From the NCBI GenBank assembly GCA_964016885.1, contig OZ024745.1, positions 85,622,001 to 85,686,000 of the forward strand: 64,000 nucleotides of DNA. The letters run 5' to 3'. This document shows, in pieces, positions 43,245 through 57,059 of the stretch. This stretch comes from Eledone cirrhosa. Its lineage: Eukaryota. The notes beneath the pieces were generated by a model. The model made no database searches, was not told where the DNA came from, and saw only the letters and a program-made list of their open reading frames with translations. The number at the start of each line of letters is the position of its first letter. The first letter of the stretch is position 1. The position numbers and the translations under genes were made by a program.

Positions 43245-45407
43245 CACTCAATTTTCAATAGACATACAATTAAATTAACCTATTCATCCACCAAAAATCT
43301 AGCACAAAATATCAATAGAATAAATAATAGGAACTTATAACCTAGTGATAACAGCATAAATAATATACAAGTTAACAAACGTAACTGTAGAGATAGATCT
43401 AAATGTCCGTTAAATAACAACTGCTTAGTTAAAAATATAGTATACAATTGTAATGTTAATACTGACTCTAACTCTTTTAACTACGTCGGTTCCACATCGA
43501 CGGAATTTAAACTTCGCTATAATAACCACAAGAATTCTTTCACAGATCCAAGTAAAAAATCTTCAACGGCACTATCAGGCGTACTATGGCAACTTAAGCT
43601 AGATAACGTTAGATATTCGACGGCTTGGAATATAGTCTCAAGAGGGATTCCTTTTAATTCATCCTCTGAGACATGTGACCTCTGCGCAGAGGAGATATTC
43701 TTTATACTAAAATCTAAAAATTCCCTTAATCTACGGACAAATCTATTCAGTTGTTGCAAACATAGATTAAACTCAACGTTTAAATATAAATTTAAATTTA
43801 AAATGTAGTATATTTAGTTTGATTTATAATTATATGGGAAACTAGCCGATAAATCTTTGATTCTCTTTTTATTCTTTTTATTTTTATTTTATTTATTTTT
43901 ATTTAAACATTCTTCATGAAAAATTAAGCTACCCTAAAAGTTGATGCTCCAAATATTTCGAATAAACGTTACACTAGATAAACTTCTATATTAAATATAA
44001 GAACACATGTAGACCAAATTGGGCATCCTATACTTTTTGAAATGATCTTTGCTAGATGCGATTTGATAGATAATTTTTTGGCTTTATCTGTTTTTCGACT
44101 CTGATGTTTATAATGAACTTGGCAATATATTGTCAATTAATTTTGAAGGGTTGTTCTTTGTGGTTTATTTTATTTTTATTATTGTAGTATTTCCTAATAT
44201 TTTTATTTTTAATATTTATAATATGTAAAATTTTTTAATATGTAATATTTTTAATATGTAATATTCTTTCGTAATATTTCTTAGTTTTCTATTTTATTAT
44301 TACTTATTATTATTATTGTTATTTTTAGTTTTGTTTCCGATATATTTTTATTTTTATTAGTATATTGAAATCTGCTCTATTTGCTCGATAGATAATCTTG
44401 TAGAGTAGAGACAGAAATAGTAATATTGACTCTATATACACATATATGTATACTTAAATTTTTATACCGCATTGAGAATACTTTCCGTGAACTTAGGGTT
44501 TGCAGAATTTGATCATGTAGATTCACATAGATGTTTGTAATTATCACATAAACATATGGATTTTTTTTTAAAACTAAACATAAGATCATTAATTTTTCAC
44601 ACATTGTGGATACATATCTCATTCAGGAATACTGATATTTACAATGTAGAGGCTGGTTTTGTAAATACTAATACCTCTACATTAAAACAGAGGTTTTTCG
44701 CCTCGCCTGTGTCTGGTTATTTTTAAATTTTTTCTCTCTCTATTTTTTTTCTCTCTCTATATTTTTTCTCTCCCTATATAACAGCTGGTTTCTCTCCATA
44801 TATCTCCCTTACATTAATACTAGAGCTAAATAAATAAATAAATAAATAAATGTATCATTGATACGTTATTCAACAGACGTCCCACTACCTAGCTTTCTAT
44901 ATATATGTATCTATCTCTATTTCCTCTCTCTCTATATATATATATCTCTTTCTGTTTCTTTACATGAAGTTCTTCTCTTTATCTATCTTTCCATCTCTCT
45001 ATTCTGTTCCATGCATTTCTTCTTTTTCTTCTTTTTCTTCGTTTTCTGTCTTTCTTTCCTTTTTTCTCTCTTTTTCTCTCTTTCTCTCTCTCTTTCTTTC
45101 TCTCTGTGTACAATTTTGTCACTACCAAATCAACCTTTTCAAACGCAAGTAGATGTTGTTACGGTATGTCGAATCTATTTATCTATTTATCTATAAAACT
45201 GTTTATATTGTATTTTGTCTGAGGAAGGCATAGCATATTGTTAATATGTTATCTTTGAAATATATATAATGAAATAAATATGGTTTTATAAATATAGTTT
45301 CCATTTATTTAATATTGTAAATATACTCCAAATATTTGTCGAGTGCTTTTATATCAGTTATAAATATTTACTAGTTGTAACCCAACAATTTAAATATAAC
45401 TTTCCAT
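43245..45407 (+). mobile_element. 5'-truncated Naiad-like PLE: GIY-YIG frame ~43370-43806 (not in the ORF track), long 3' UTR, family B HHR at 45211-45276
   Basis: NCRDRSKCPLNNNCLVKNIVY..YVGSTSTEFKLRYNNHKNSF..CDLCAEE..CCKHR; CTGAGGA core. Confidence 0.82.
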
Positions 45408-45788
45408 ATATTATATATATATATATTTTATATATATATATATATTATATGTATATATATTTTATATATATATATATTTTATATATATATATATATTATA
45501 TGTATATATATTTTATATATATATATATTTTATATATATATATTATACATATATATAATATATATATACATATATTATATATATTATATATATATATATA
45601 TATTATATATTATATATATATTATATATATATATATTATATGTTATTTATATATATATATATATTATATATATATATATATTATATATATTTATATATTA
45701 TATATATATATATTATATATATATATATTATATATATATATTATATATATATATTATAAATTTATATATATATTATATATATATATAT

Positions 45789-45820
<32 letters not shown>

Positions 45821-45862
45821 ATAATATATAATATATATATATATTATATATATAATATATAA

Positions 45863-46049
45863 CGGCAGTGGATTGGCAATATCGGTAGAGGGTCGGACGC
45901 CATGCTTTCCAGCATAGTTACGTCCCTTTACGATCTGAGTTCAAATCCCGCCGGGTTGATTTGACTTTCATCCTTACGGGGTCGATAAAATAAAAAGTAC
46001 CAGTAATGCACTGGGTAATTGGTGGCCTTGTGCTAAATTAGAAACAATT
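45863..46049 (+). mobile_element. tRNA-derived SINE
   Basis: A and B boxes. Confidence 0.85.
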
Positions 46050-46154
46050 ATATATATATATTATATATATTATATATATTATATATATATAATATATATA
46101 TGATATATATATATTATATATATATATATATATATTATATAATATATATATATA

Positions 46155-47085
46155 AATTAATAAAAATAATGAATAAAAACAAAGAAACAGCTCCTTATAT
46201 TAAAAAATTCATCCTTTTACGATCGTTTCTAGGATATATATGTGTGTGTTGGTATGTATATCATATAGATCTATGTAAAATGTTTACAAACTATCAGAGG
46301 GAATATACATACCTACAGATATATATGCTGTCTTCAGAAATAATGTTATTTGTTCATTGAAAAAAACCGACAAAGATTTAATATAATAGGTCTGTTTGGG
46401 AACAGGTTTTGAATTGACCAATAGAAAAGTAGTAAGTGGTCAAGTTGATAGAATAGTAGTAGTAGAAATTTTATTTAGGGGTAGAGGAATGCAGACTTCA
46501 GTTTTGAATGGAAAGAGTATTTATATTTTGTGATTGAAAATAGGTGAAGCCGGTGAAAGGTACACGAAAATTTGATGTTATTAAAGAATAATGCTAAAGG
46601 AGAATAAAATGTTACTATAAATGTGTTAGCGAAAAATATCAATCTTATTTAAAACATAAGGAATATAGATCTATAAAAAGAAGTTAGATGAATTTAATTG
46701 ATAGGTATATTTATAGCGATAAATTTATATTAATTCATATAGATATGATAAATAAGAGTTAGATGTTATTAAAGAATGTTGTTAAAAACGAAGGAAAAAA
46801 TATTTTTTTGGGGGGATAAATGTATTAGTGAGAAATAACAAACTTATATAGATTATAAGGAATTTAGATTCATAACAGTAAATTAAAATGGTTTATACTC
46901 ATTGGTATACATTTTAGGAAAAGATAGCTGTAAAAGGGAAATGAAATTATGCAGTTCTTAGTAGTAGAATATTAATTATAGGTTAACTAATTAAAAAAAA
47001 TTAATTATAATAATTTGTAAAATATAAGTGTATATTAATTATGTTTATAATATTTGAAGGTTTTTCTAATTCTATGATTGCATGA
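46155..47085 (-). mobile_element. Non-coding HHR element, duplicated at 57060-58015
   Basis: Minus-strand HHR 46215-46340: ttt-CTGAAGA-long stem II-GAAA-CGATCG-TA-aaa. Confidence 0.75.
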
Positions 47086-47146
47086 TATATATATATATTA
47101 TATATATATTATATATTATATATATTATATATATATTATATATATA

Positions 47147-47177
<31 letters not shown>

Positions 47178-47264
47178 CGTAGGTCCCGGGTTGAGTCGGG
47201 GATAACCACAGTAAGTAAGGTACTCAATACATGGCGGAGTAAAATATATTTATTGTATAGAAGG

Positions 47265-47315
47265 AGCTTCTACAGGACTAGTACTGTTTCATTCAGATGA
47301 AATCTTCAGGAAGCT
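47265..47315 (-). ncRNA. Type I HHR (family G)
   Basis: agcttc-CTGAAGA-tttca tc tgaat-GAAA-CAG tactagtc CTG-TA-gaagct; mirror copy 53203-53253. Confidence 0.8.
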
Positions 47316-47371
47316 GGGTGTCATATTAAGTTCTGGTATTTATACATTTAGGTAGTGGTAAGGGAGGGGTG

Positions 47372-48485
47372 GTGTATAGAATTGTGAGATAATCTTAGTG
47401 CTAATAGAAGTATTGTACACGGGGTTATACCATATGTACTCTCTACGTCTGACTCTATTTGCTGGTTTGTACCTATTAGTATGCCTATTGATGTGTGTGT
47501 GTGGTGCAATACTAGTTCGACTTAGATGTGTTTTATTCATAGTACTTATGTGGTTATCGTCTAGATATTCTATTTTCTCGCAGTAATCAGTTTTTCTAAG
47601 TGCGTCATTATAATATTCAGCATGCTCGTTGAAGGTCTGCAAATTAGACGACAGTCGGGAGATCCTTATGGATATACTTTTAGGGATGGATTTAATAATG
47701 GAATGGGGATGGCTCGATTTTACATTAACGTACTTGAGATTTTCATTAGAGAGTACATATGGTATAACCCCGTGTACAATTCTTCTATTAGCACTAAGAT
47801 TATCTCACAATTCTATACACTAATCAATAAACACTTTACAACTTCACATAAATACTATAAAATCTTTAACTCGCGCACCATTTGACTCTCATACTCCACT
47901 GCACCTAACATAGAACAACTAATTAAAAAACTCAACTCAGCAATACTAAATAAGCACATCCCTAATGACTCAGCGCACCAGCATAGCAACATACAACGCA
48001 CTAACACGCAACTACAACCCCACCAAACTATCCAGGATTCTACTGCAAAACATAAAAATAATTGTAACTGCACCAAACCAGGTACGTGCCCACTGAATAA
48101 CCAGTGCCTAGCACGCAATATTGTCTACCGATGTACAATCAATTCCAGAACCAACAAATGGTATTACGTCGGATGTACCGCAACTTCTTTCTAAGCTCCC
48201 CTATACTAACATCGATCTTCGATCAGGCACGAGAAAATGCGCTCCCTAATAACCCTCGCCGATAAAGCCTGGCAGCTCCGGAGGAACAATCAAGCATTCT
48301 CCCTTGATTGGCAAATTATTGCAGCTACGCCTGCATATTTGCAAAATCATCGATTCTGTAAATTATGCAATTTGGAGATATACTGCATTTTAACGTCGGT
48401 AAACAAACTTTTGAACAGCAAAATTGAACGTTCACTATACTCTAACCATCGTTTGAAAACGACTTTTTCTTTTTTTAAATGCATA
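47372..48485 (+). pseudogene. Naiad-like linker + GIY-YIG with an inverted upstream thumb fragment (47372-47745, minus)
   Basis: YIWYNP..HF..CNC..CPL..C..YVGCT..CKLC..E; 47372-47442 is inverted to 47748-47820. Confidence 0.85.
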
Positions 48486-48897
48486 TAATGTTACCTTTTT
48501 ACACCACCGTTTGCAAATTTCTGTTTTATATGTTTATACACAAGATATGGCTTTCTATAATAATAGTACTAAACACTGTTTTCTGGACCCCTTTAAAAAT
48601 AACCTGCTACTATAATAGCCCCAATAACTTGTCTGTAACTCTGTACCACTTTGACCCCTTTAACTAAATTTTGTCCGAACAACACCACTAGAAGAATTTA
48701 CTTCCTCCGCCAACCCTAACACGCCTCATTAAGCTAACTGCTGCCAAAACATTCTCTCCTACAATCTCTACTAGTCTGACAGTCTTAAATCCTAGGGCTC
48801 CCTCCCCCTTACTCACTTCCCTCTTCCCCTTCTCTTCCTACCTCCTTCTTTCTCTTTTATCTAGTGTATAAAATATTTTCATATCATTCCAATACAA

Positions 48898-49014
48898 AGG
48901 TCTGACGACATGGTGTGTCTGCTTACAGTGTACCTTCGGTTTATGATAATATTTTTATATTATTCAAATAGCGAGGTATAGGTAACCCATACACTATAGA
49001 ATCAATTGTTACCT
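48898..49014 (+). ncRNA. Degenerate HHR with long stem II (A15.1U)
   Basis: aggt-CTGACGA-catggtgtgt...atacactata-GAAT-CAATTG-TT-acct. Confidence 0.6.
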
Positions 49015-49221
49015 AATAAATTCTTTATACCCGCATTTCCATTTCATAAACTTCTTCTCCATATTTTCTCCGGATTTTAAAACACACTTTATTATACGTT
49101 GAGCAATCTGCGACGTCGGTTGACTCCATCCAATGCAACTACTTAGTAACACTGGAATACAAATTTACTAATTCTTCACACTCCTTTACAGTCGAGCAAC
49201 CTATCAACCTACGTCTCTGAA

Positions 49222-49938
49222 ATGGAAAAACATCATTGTGGTATGTCCTTAAAAAACATACCCATTCAGGGTAAAAAAGAATACATTCTTGGTATGATAC
49301 AAAGGACCAACGAATTTATTCGGCGGATTAGATGGAGGGCCTTCCACTTCGATAGGAAAAGGATTACACAAACTTCCGACACCAACAACGATAAGTTTGG
49401 TTTCAAATCCTACAAAAACCCACCCTCTAACCCTCTTTTGGATTCTTTCGAGCAGGACTTAATGAAAATGATAACCGGAATCAAATTTACAAACGGAAGG
49501 AAAAACGAACTGCAACGAGATATTAAAACTCTACTCGACAACCTAAGGAATACCAAAGGAATTATCATAAAGGCAGACAAAACATCTAATCTATACACCC
49601 TGGATGTAGAAACATATAATAATTTTATACGTAAGGAATTACATAGGAAGTACAAAAAACCAAACGCAACTACACTAACCAACATTAATAACGCAGCATG
49701 TGATATTGTTAAGAAACTGAAAATTGACGACAGAACGGTACCCCTATCTCCAGCTACACCGACTTTTAATCTGAAAGACCATAAGGATAACTTCGATACT
49801 AACCCTAAAATTAGATTAATATGTCCTTCAAAGTCCGATATAGGTAGAATCAGTAAGTACATATTAGATCGTATTATCCCCCAAGTTAAGGCTAAGGTAG
49901 ATATTAAATTATGGGTTAATATTTTCTCCGGATTTTAA
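49222..49938 (+). CDS. N-terminal region of a Naiad-like PLE ORF (3'-truncated near 49915)
   Basis: ATG start; SLKNIP..RIRWRA..FGFKS..KADKT..LKDHKDNF..RLICPSKSDIGRISK.ILD. Confidence 0.85.
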   Translation: MEKHHCGMSLKNIPIQGKKEYILGMIQRTNEFIRRIRWRAFHFDRKRITQTSDTNNDKFGFKSYKNPPSNPLLDSFEQDLMKMITGIKFTNGRKNELQRDIKTLLDNLRNTKGIIIKADKTSNLYTLDVETYNNFIRKELHRKYKKPNATTLTNINNAACDIVKKLKIDDRTVPLSPATPTFNLKDHKDNFDTNPKIRLICPSKSDIGRISKYILDRIIPQVKAKVDIKLWVNIFSGF

Positions 49939-50351
49939 AACACTTTATTATGCGTTGAGCAATCTCCGACGTCGGTTGACTCCACCCATTGCAACTACTT
50001 AGTAACATTGGAATACAAATTTACTATATATACATATATATATATATATACACACAAGAAAAAATCACATACACACAAATATACACACACACGCATACAC
50101 ATACACACACATATACATATGCATACACACATATATATATATACATATACATATCTACACATATACATGTGTACATACACACATATACATACACATACAT
50201 GTATGTATGTCTCTCGGTATAAACTATACTATACATACATATACATACATATACACACACACACATACATACACACACACAAACACATACATACACACAT
50301 ATACATATATATATATATACATACATACATACACATACATATATATACACA

Positions 50352-50405
<54 letters not shown>

Positions 50406-50807
50406 TATATGCACACACGCATACATACACATACACACATACAAATACATACACATAAACACATATACACATACACGCACTCGTTTGCACACATATATGT
50501 ATCTATATATATATTTGGAAAAAGTAGTGGGACAAAAGTAATGGGACAAAATATAAACTGAGCCTGATAGAAGATTAAAATATTTATTATCACTACTAAG
50601 TTATTAATATTATCATCAAGTAATTAATTATTATTTATTATTTACCATTCACTATTCATTACCTATCTTTTATCTTTTATCTATTCATTACTTAATCATT
50701 CACTTGTTAATTAATAAATATATGAATCAACTAACAAACAAACAAACAAACAGATAAACAAATAAACAAATAAATAAATAAATAAATAGATAAATAAATA
50801 AAATAAC

Positions 50808-50842
<35 letters not shown>

Positions 50843-51073
50843 GTATATATAAAAATATATAAATAAATGTCAAACGTGTGCGTGCAGCAGTTCATAACTG
50901 CACGTATGCAAACATGAGTAGATATATACGTGAATTTGTGTGTGCGGCCACGGAACCTTACTCAGAGGCATACAACACAATATAAGACCTGGAGGGGAGG
51001 AAAGAAGGTAATAATGAGAGATGGAGGGACGGAAGTGGGATGGGGGACGGGGTGGGGTGGTGATATGGGGGGG

Positions 51074-52605
51074 TCAATCGGGGGGCCGGGTGGGTCTGTA
51101 GTTTCTGTAATTTGCATAGTTCTTGTGCATGCAATTAGGGGAGTGTTCCGAGATCTTGTTGAGGAGAGGGCCTTTGGCGAATAGAATCTCATAGCTCTCG
51201 GAGATACAGAGGTCACAGCAATTATGGCCTCCTGTGTAGGATCGCGCTCTCTGGAGTAGTCTCCATTGGGTCTTGAAGGGGATGGAGTTCCTTTTAAGGT
51301 GCCAGATGTGGGCGGCGAGTGTTGTTTGGTTAGATTTGTCTGGGCGCCGGAACGAATGTGTGTGGGCGTACCAGCGAGTCTTAAAACTGTTAGAAGTCAT
51401 CCCGATGTACGAGTTTCTTTTTTCATCGGGGCCTGAGAGTACATCGCATATATAGACGAGATCTTTTTTTACACAGTTGTTGTTGAGGGGGGCAGGTAGT
51501 CTTATCAGGGCAATTGCAATTGCCATCGGTTGCTGGATGGACTTCGGAAAAAGTAGACTTATTTAGCTTCTTGACGTTATTGTTGGGTAAGTTCCTAGCT
51601 AGATTAGGTCTGGTAGAGTAGGAGAGTCTAATGGTATTCTTATTAAGGATAGTATAGTACCTATGTTGGGTGGGGAAGTGTTTTTGTAAGAGAGTGAAGA
51701 AAATTTTAGCTATAGGTGTTGAAACTTCGTGGTTTAAGGGGGGGTTGTACCAGCTAATGTACCTCCGCCTATTCTTCCTGGGTGGGCGTGGGGCTATACT
51801 AGGTGATCTTATCTCTAAAGCCTTTGCGGGCCAGGGCCTCGTTGTAATAGGGGGCTGCTGCTCTAAAGATATCTTCATTGGCGGCGAGGCTAGATATCCT
51901 AATGGAGACACTTTTCACTATATATCTAAGGGATTCATTAGGTTTTTGGTACGGGTAGTAAAGGGAAGTTTCTAAGTCGAGGGTAACGTCTAGGAAGTTA
52001 GCTTTAGTTAAGTTCGAATCTAAGGTAATCCTAAGGCCTAAGTTTTTAAAGAAGGTGTAAAGGTTTTTCCTGAACCCATCCGTGATCCTGGGGTTGATTT
52101 TGTGGGGTCTCAGATCTTTTGTTGATCCACTGGGATCTGGCATGGTAAAGAAAAGTCATACGTGCATGGAGGATCACATCCTGCTCGGCTTCGGTGATTG
52201 TGGTAAAGTTCCTGGCGAAGTTAATCACGTCATTCAGCAGGCTCTCTGATATGGAGGCGTAGTAGTCCTCGATGTCTAGCTGCAGGAAACGGGTGTTGCT
52301 TTTGTCGGGAAAGTGCCGGAACCATGTGATTGCCTCTGATGTCCTATTCCAGAGTGGGAGGGTGAGGCAGCACGAAGTCTAGGTAGAATCCTGTCCAAGA
52401 TCTTCTTACTAACGGATCCTATTTCAGACTTGGTCGGGTTAATCAGCCGGACCGACGTTTTATTATCAAACTTGTTCTTGTGGTCTTTCAGGGTGAAGTG
52501 TGGGGACTTTACCCTCAGAGGTTCTGTCCGGTCTTCCAGTTTAAGGGAAGTGGCGATCTTCTTTCTGGCTAAGTTTGTTTCAGTCAAAGTAGTGTCATCA
52601 ACTTT
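51074..52605 (-). pseudogene. Naiad-like RT (internally deleted) + GIY-YIG
   Basis: LKDHK..RLINPTKSEIG, NFLDVTLDL, WYNPP, CNC..CP, YIGMTSNSFKTRW..CDLCISE..C.H. Confidence 0.9.
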
Positions 52606-52627
52606 TTGTGTATATATATATATATAA

Positions 52628-52709
<82 letters not shown>

Positions 52710-53202
52710 ATGTGTGTATAGATGTACACATATTTATATGTGTGTGTAAGTGTTTACGTATGTGGTTGTGAGTATGTAAATATATTTTATTCTTTCCATT
52801 CTACGAAAACACTCTGGCCAGCTGTAGCTTGTATGTTAACTTGACCACTCACCTCAGTCTGTGCCATGATTCGGTCTTGTTTATCTTCTAATACTAACCC
52901 ACCTAAATAAATTTCCCTACTATATATCTGTTGAATTCTTGGGGTTTTTGTTTATTTTTATTTATTTATTCATTTATCTATTTGTTCATTTATTTATTTA
53001 TTTATTTATTTACTTATTTATTTATTTACATTTTCTTTTTCTTTTCCTTTTATTTTACAAAAGCACTCTGGCTAATTGACCACTCCCCAAAGTTGTGGTC
53101 CTGTGTATCTAAATATCATCCTACCAAAAAAATCCCCCCCAGCCACCACCCCTCCCTTACCACTAGCTAAATGTATAAATACCAGAACTTAATATGACAC
53201 CC

Positions 53203-53253
53203 AGCTTCCTGAAGATTTCATCTGAATGAAACAGTACTAGTCCTCTAGAAGCT
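53203..53253 (+). ncRNA. Family G HHR (stem III mismatch)
   Basis: Inverted partner of 47265-47315. Confidence 0.65.
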
Positions 53254-53349
53254 CCTTCTATACAATAAATATATATATATATATTTTATATATATATATA
53301 TATTATATATATATATATTATATATATTATGTATATATATATATTATAT

Positions 53350-54535
53350 ATTGTTATACTTTGGGAGGGTCATTTCGCACAAGTTGCGTTCACTTCAATT
53401 TATTATAATAAATTTATAAATTTAGGAATTTATAAATTTCCGGTTGGTTGGTTGGTTCCACAACCGGATGGTTGTTTATATATTGTCAAAGTTCTTTCGT
53501 CACACATTATGTGACCTCTTCAGTGACTGGGGATTCTTTTCTTTGTTTTTGTGCCTCTCCTTTGTTCTGTCCTACGCCATTTTGTTTCTGTGTGCGTGTT
53601 GTGTGCTCAGTCTGCGCATGCTTCCACATCCGGGTGTCTGTGTGTGTTTATATTCGTTTATTTATTTGTTTATTTACATGTTACAGGTTGGTTGTTTGTT
53701 CTATGTGCGTGTGTTTTCATTTTGTCCTTAATTGTAAGTTGTGATGTTGCTGTTCCACTCATGTTTTCTATTTAATTTTGGTTATAATTCTTTTATTTTT
53801 ATTGCCCCTGTGATTTGTCTAAACATTTCGTCTTTTCTGTGTGTAGATTCTATTTTTATTTCTATGTTCTCTAATTTACCCTTATGTTCTATTTTAGCAT
53901 GTTGGTAGATTACAAATGATTCTTTACTATCTTGAAGGTCTCGCCAGTGTTCATTTATCCGTTCCCCTACACTACGAGCTGTCTCACCTATGTACACTAT
54001 ATTTTTCTCTCTACATTGTCCTTCGGTACATCTTATGCTATATACTACATTTCTAGTTTTACAGTTAATATGGGGGCTTAATTTACAGGTTATACATTTC
54101 TTATCTATAAAGGGGGTCTTAGAAAAGGGTATCTCTTGCTAATAAGTGTTTTTACGGAGGTACCTGGTCTTTCTACTATCGTAATATTGAGTTTATGTTT
54201 ATCTAGGGCCCTTCTAAATTTGTAAGCTGATTCACCTCTAGGGTTTGTATCGATGAACATTACACTCTGGTATTTATTGATATCATACTATGAGTTTATT
54301 CTATTAGCCTTATTCCTAGTTCTTTCTATTCAATTCCAAAATTTGCTCCTTTACAACCAACCAACCGGAAATTTATAAATTCCTCAATTTATAAATTTAT
54401 TATAATAAATTGAAGTGAAAGCAATTGGTGCGTGTGTTTCTTATTGGCAACATGACCCTCCCAAGGTATAACAATATCGGTTTCAACACACGTTTTCGAA
54501 TAAAGAATCTTGCTAAACAAATTCAGAACCGAAAT
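53350..54535 (-). mobile_element. PLE fragment (EN 53782-54290) with HHR 53485-53527 and inverted arm
   Basis: YIGETARSVGERINEH; gtca-CTGAAGA-ggtcaca taatg tgtgac-GAAA-GAAC-TT-tgac; arms 53390-53465 and 54352-54420. Confidence 0.85.
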
Positions 54536-55020
54536 ATATTATATATATTATATATATATATATATATTATATATATTATATATATATATTATATAAATAT
54601 TTTATATTATACATATATATATATATATTATATATATTATATATATATATTATATATATTATATATATATTTTATATATATTATATATATTATATATATA
54701 TATATTACATATATATTATATATATATTATATATATTATATATATATATATTATATATATATTATATATATATATATATAATATATATTATATATATATT
54801 ATATATATATTATATATATTATATATATATATATTATATATATATATATATTATATTTATAATATATATATTAAATATATATTTGATATATATATATTAT
54901 ATATATATTATATATACATATATATATATATATTATATATATATATATTATATATATATATATATTATATATATTATATATATATTATATATATATTCTA
55001 TATATATTATATATATATAT

Positions 55021-55242
55021 CTTTGAGCGATCGACTTTCGTCAAACCGGACCGAGGAAACAAAGTTTCCGTTGGTCTTTCCAATTGCTAATACTATCTAT
55101 CGGTCGCAACTCCAGGTAGTAGGAGCAACGTGAAATAAAGTGTCTTGCTCAAGGACATAACGCATCGCCTGGTCCAGGAATTGAACTCACAACCTTACGA
55201 TTGCGAATCCAATTCTCTAACCACTCAGCCACACGCCTTCAC

Positions 55243-55243
<1 letters not shown>
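55021..55243 (-). mobile_element. tRNA-derived CORE-type SINE
   Basis: Minus strand: TGGCTGAGTGG A box, GAGTTCAATTCC B box, then TGTCCTTGAGCAAGACACTT CORE-like motif. Confidence 0.75.
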
Positions 55244-55308
<65 letters not shown>

Positions 55309-55343
55309 TATATATATATAATATATATATATATTAATTTTAT

Positions 55344-55377
<34 letters not shown>

Positions 55378-55391
55378 ATTATATATATTAA

Positions 55392-55424
<33 letters not shown>

Positions 55425-55467
55425 TATGTATATATATATATTATATATATTATATATATATATATAT

Positions 55468-56532
55468 GTAGGAGGTGAGTTTTATTGTAGTACAATAAAG
55501 CAATGCAGATATCGGATAAGAAGCACTCTACAGTTTGTAGGACTGGAGTATACATAATATATAAGAACAAAAGATGGTTAAAAGAGTTCCATGTATTTTA
55601 TTATGCGCATTTCAAAACCAAACATCATCATGCAATAATATTTGTGTTTTCATCAGATAAAACAGGAGGACATGATATGAAGGTTAAAAAACACTTCGCA
55701 CATATTATCAAACCCCTCAATATACAAACCTTAACTTTACATTATTTTTCTCTTCGTTAATTTTCAAATTCTATAATACTTGTCTACTCTTTCTACATCA
55801 CCCCTATTTATCACTTCCCTTCCTTCTCTTCTTCTAATATCTAACCCCTAATCTGTACCTTTTCTCACTCTTGCCTAACATAGAATCAATTATTACATAA
55901 CACAACACATTCTTACTCTATATCACCTTGTAAAAACCCTTCGTAAACATATACATTTTTTTTTACGTTAGATTATTCATCCTCAATTCATTAATCTTTT
56001 CTCCCCTTCATCTAACTCATTATTCTCAATACATATTAACTCTTTCTTTTTCTTCGCACATATTATCAAACCCCTCAATATACAAACCTTAACTTTACAT
56101 TATTTTTCTCTTCGTTAATTTTCAAATTCTTTTAATTTATACATTATCTTCCAACGGATTTCAACCTCTCTATGTAAAACAATATACCTTTCTCAGTTAT
56201 AAAAGCTATATCTCTCTCTCTATCACCCATCTCTCCTCCTATCTCATCCTTCCTCATTATACTCCTCCCTCTCCACCTTCACTCTCATCTCCTCCTTTCT
56301 TTAATCCTTGCCAACCCCCCCCTCTAAATAAAATATTTTTCCCAATATCACACATCAATCTAAAACCACTTCTCATATGTTGATTTAAAACTGAACTATC
56401 CACAAGTGTTTTTTAACCTTCATATCACGTCCTCCTGTTTTATCTGATGAAAACAAATATTATTGCATGATGATGTTTGTTTTTGAAATGCGCATAATAA
56501 AATATATGGAACTCTTTTAACCATCTTTTGTT

Positions 56533-56537
<5 letters not shown>
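55468..56537. mobile_element. Fold-back family H element with HHRs at 55594-55664 (-) and 56436-56504 (+)
   Basis: tgttttat-CTGATGA..GAAA-TGCGCA-TA-ataaaata; arms 55560-55697 and 56405-56537; tail fragment also at ~21895-22012. Confidence 0.82.
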
Positions 56538-56616
<79 letters not shown>

Positions 56617-56930
56617 GTATATATATATATTATATATATTATATATATATATGATATATATTATATATATATATAAATATATATATGTATATATATATTA
56701 TATATATATATATATTATATATATTATATATATTATTATATATATATAATATATATATATTATATATATATATATTATATATATATATATAAATTATATA
56801 TATATTATATATATATATTATATATATAAATATATATTATATATATCATATATATATATTATATATATATATAAATTATATATATATTATATATATATAT
56901 TATATATATTATATATATATATATAATATA

Positions 56931-57050
<120 letters not shown>

Positions 57051-57059
57051 TATATATAT

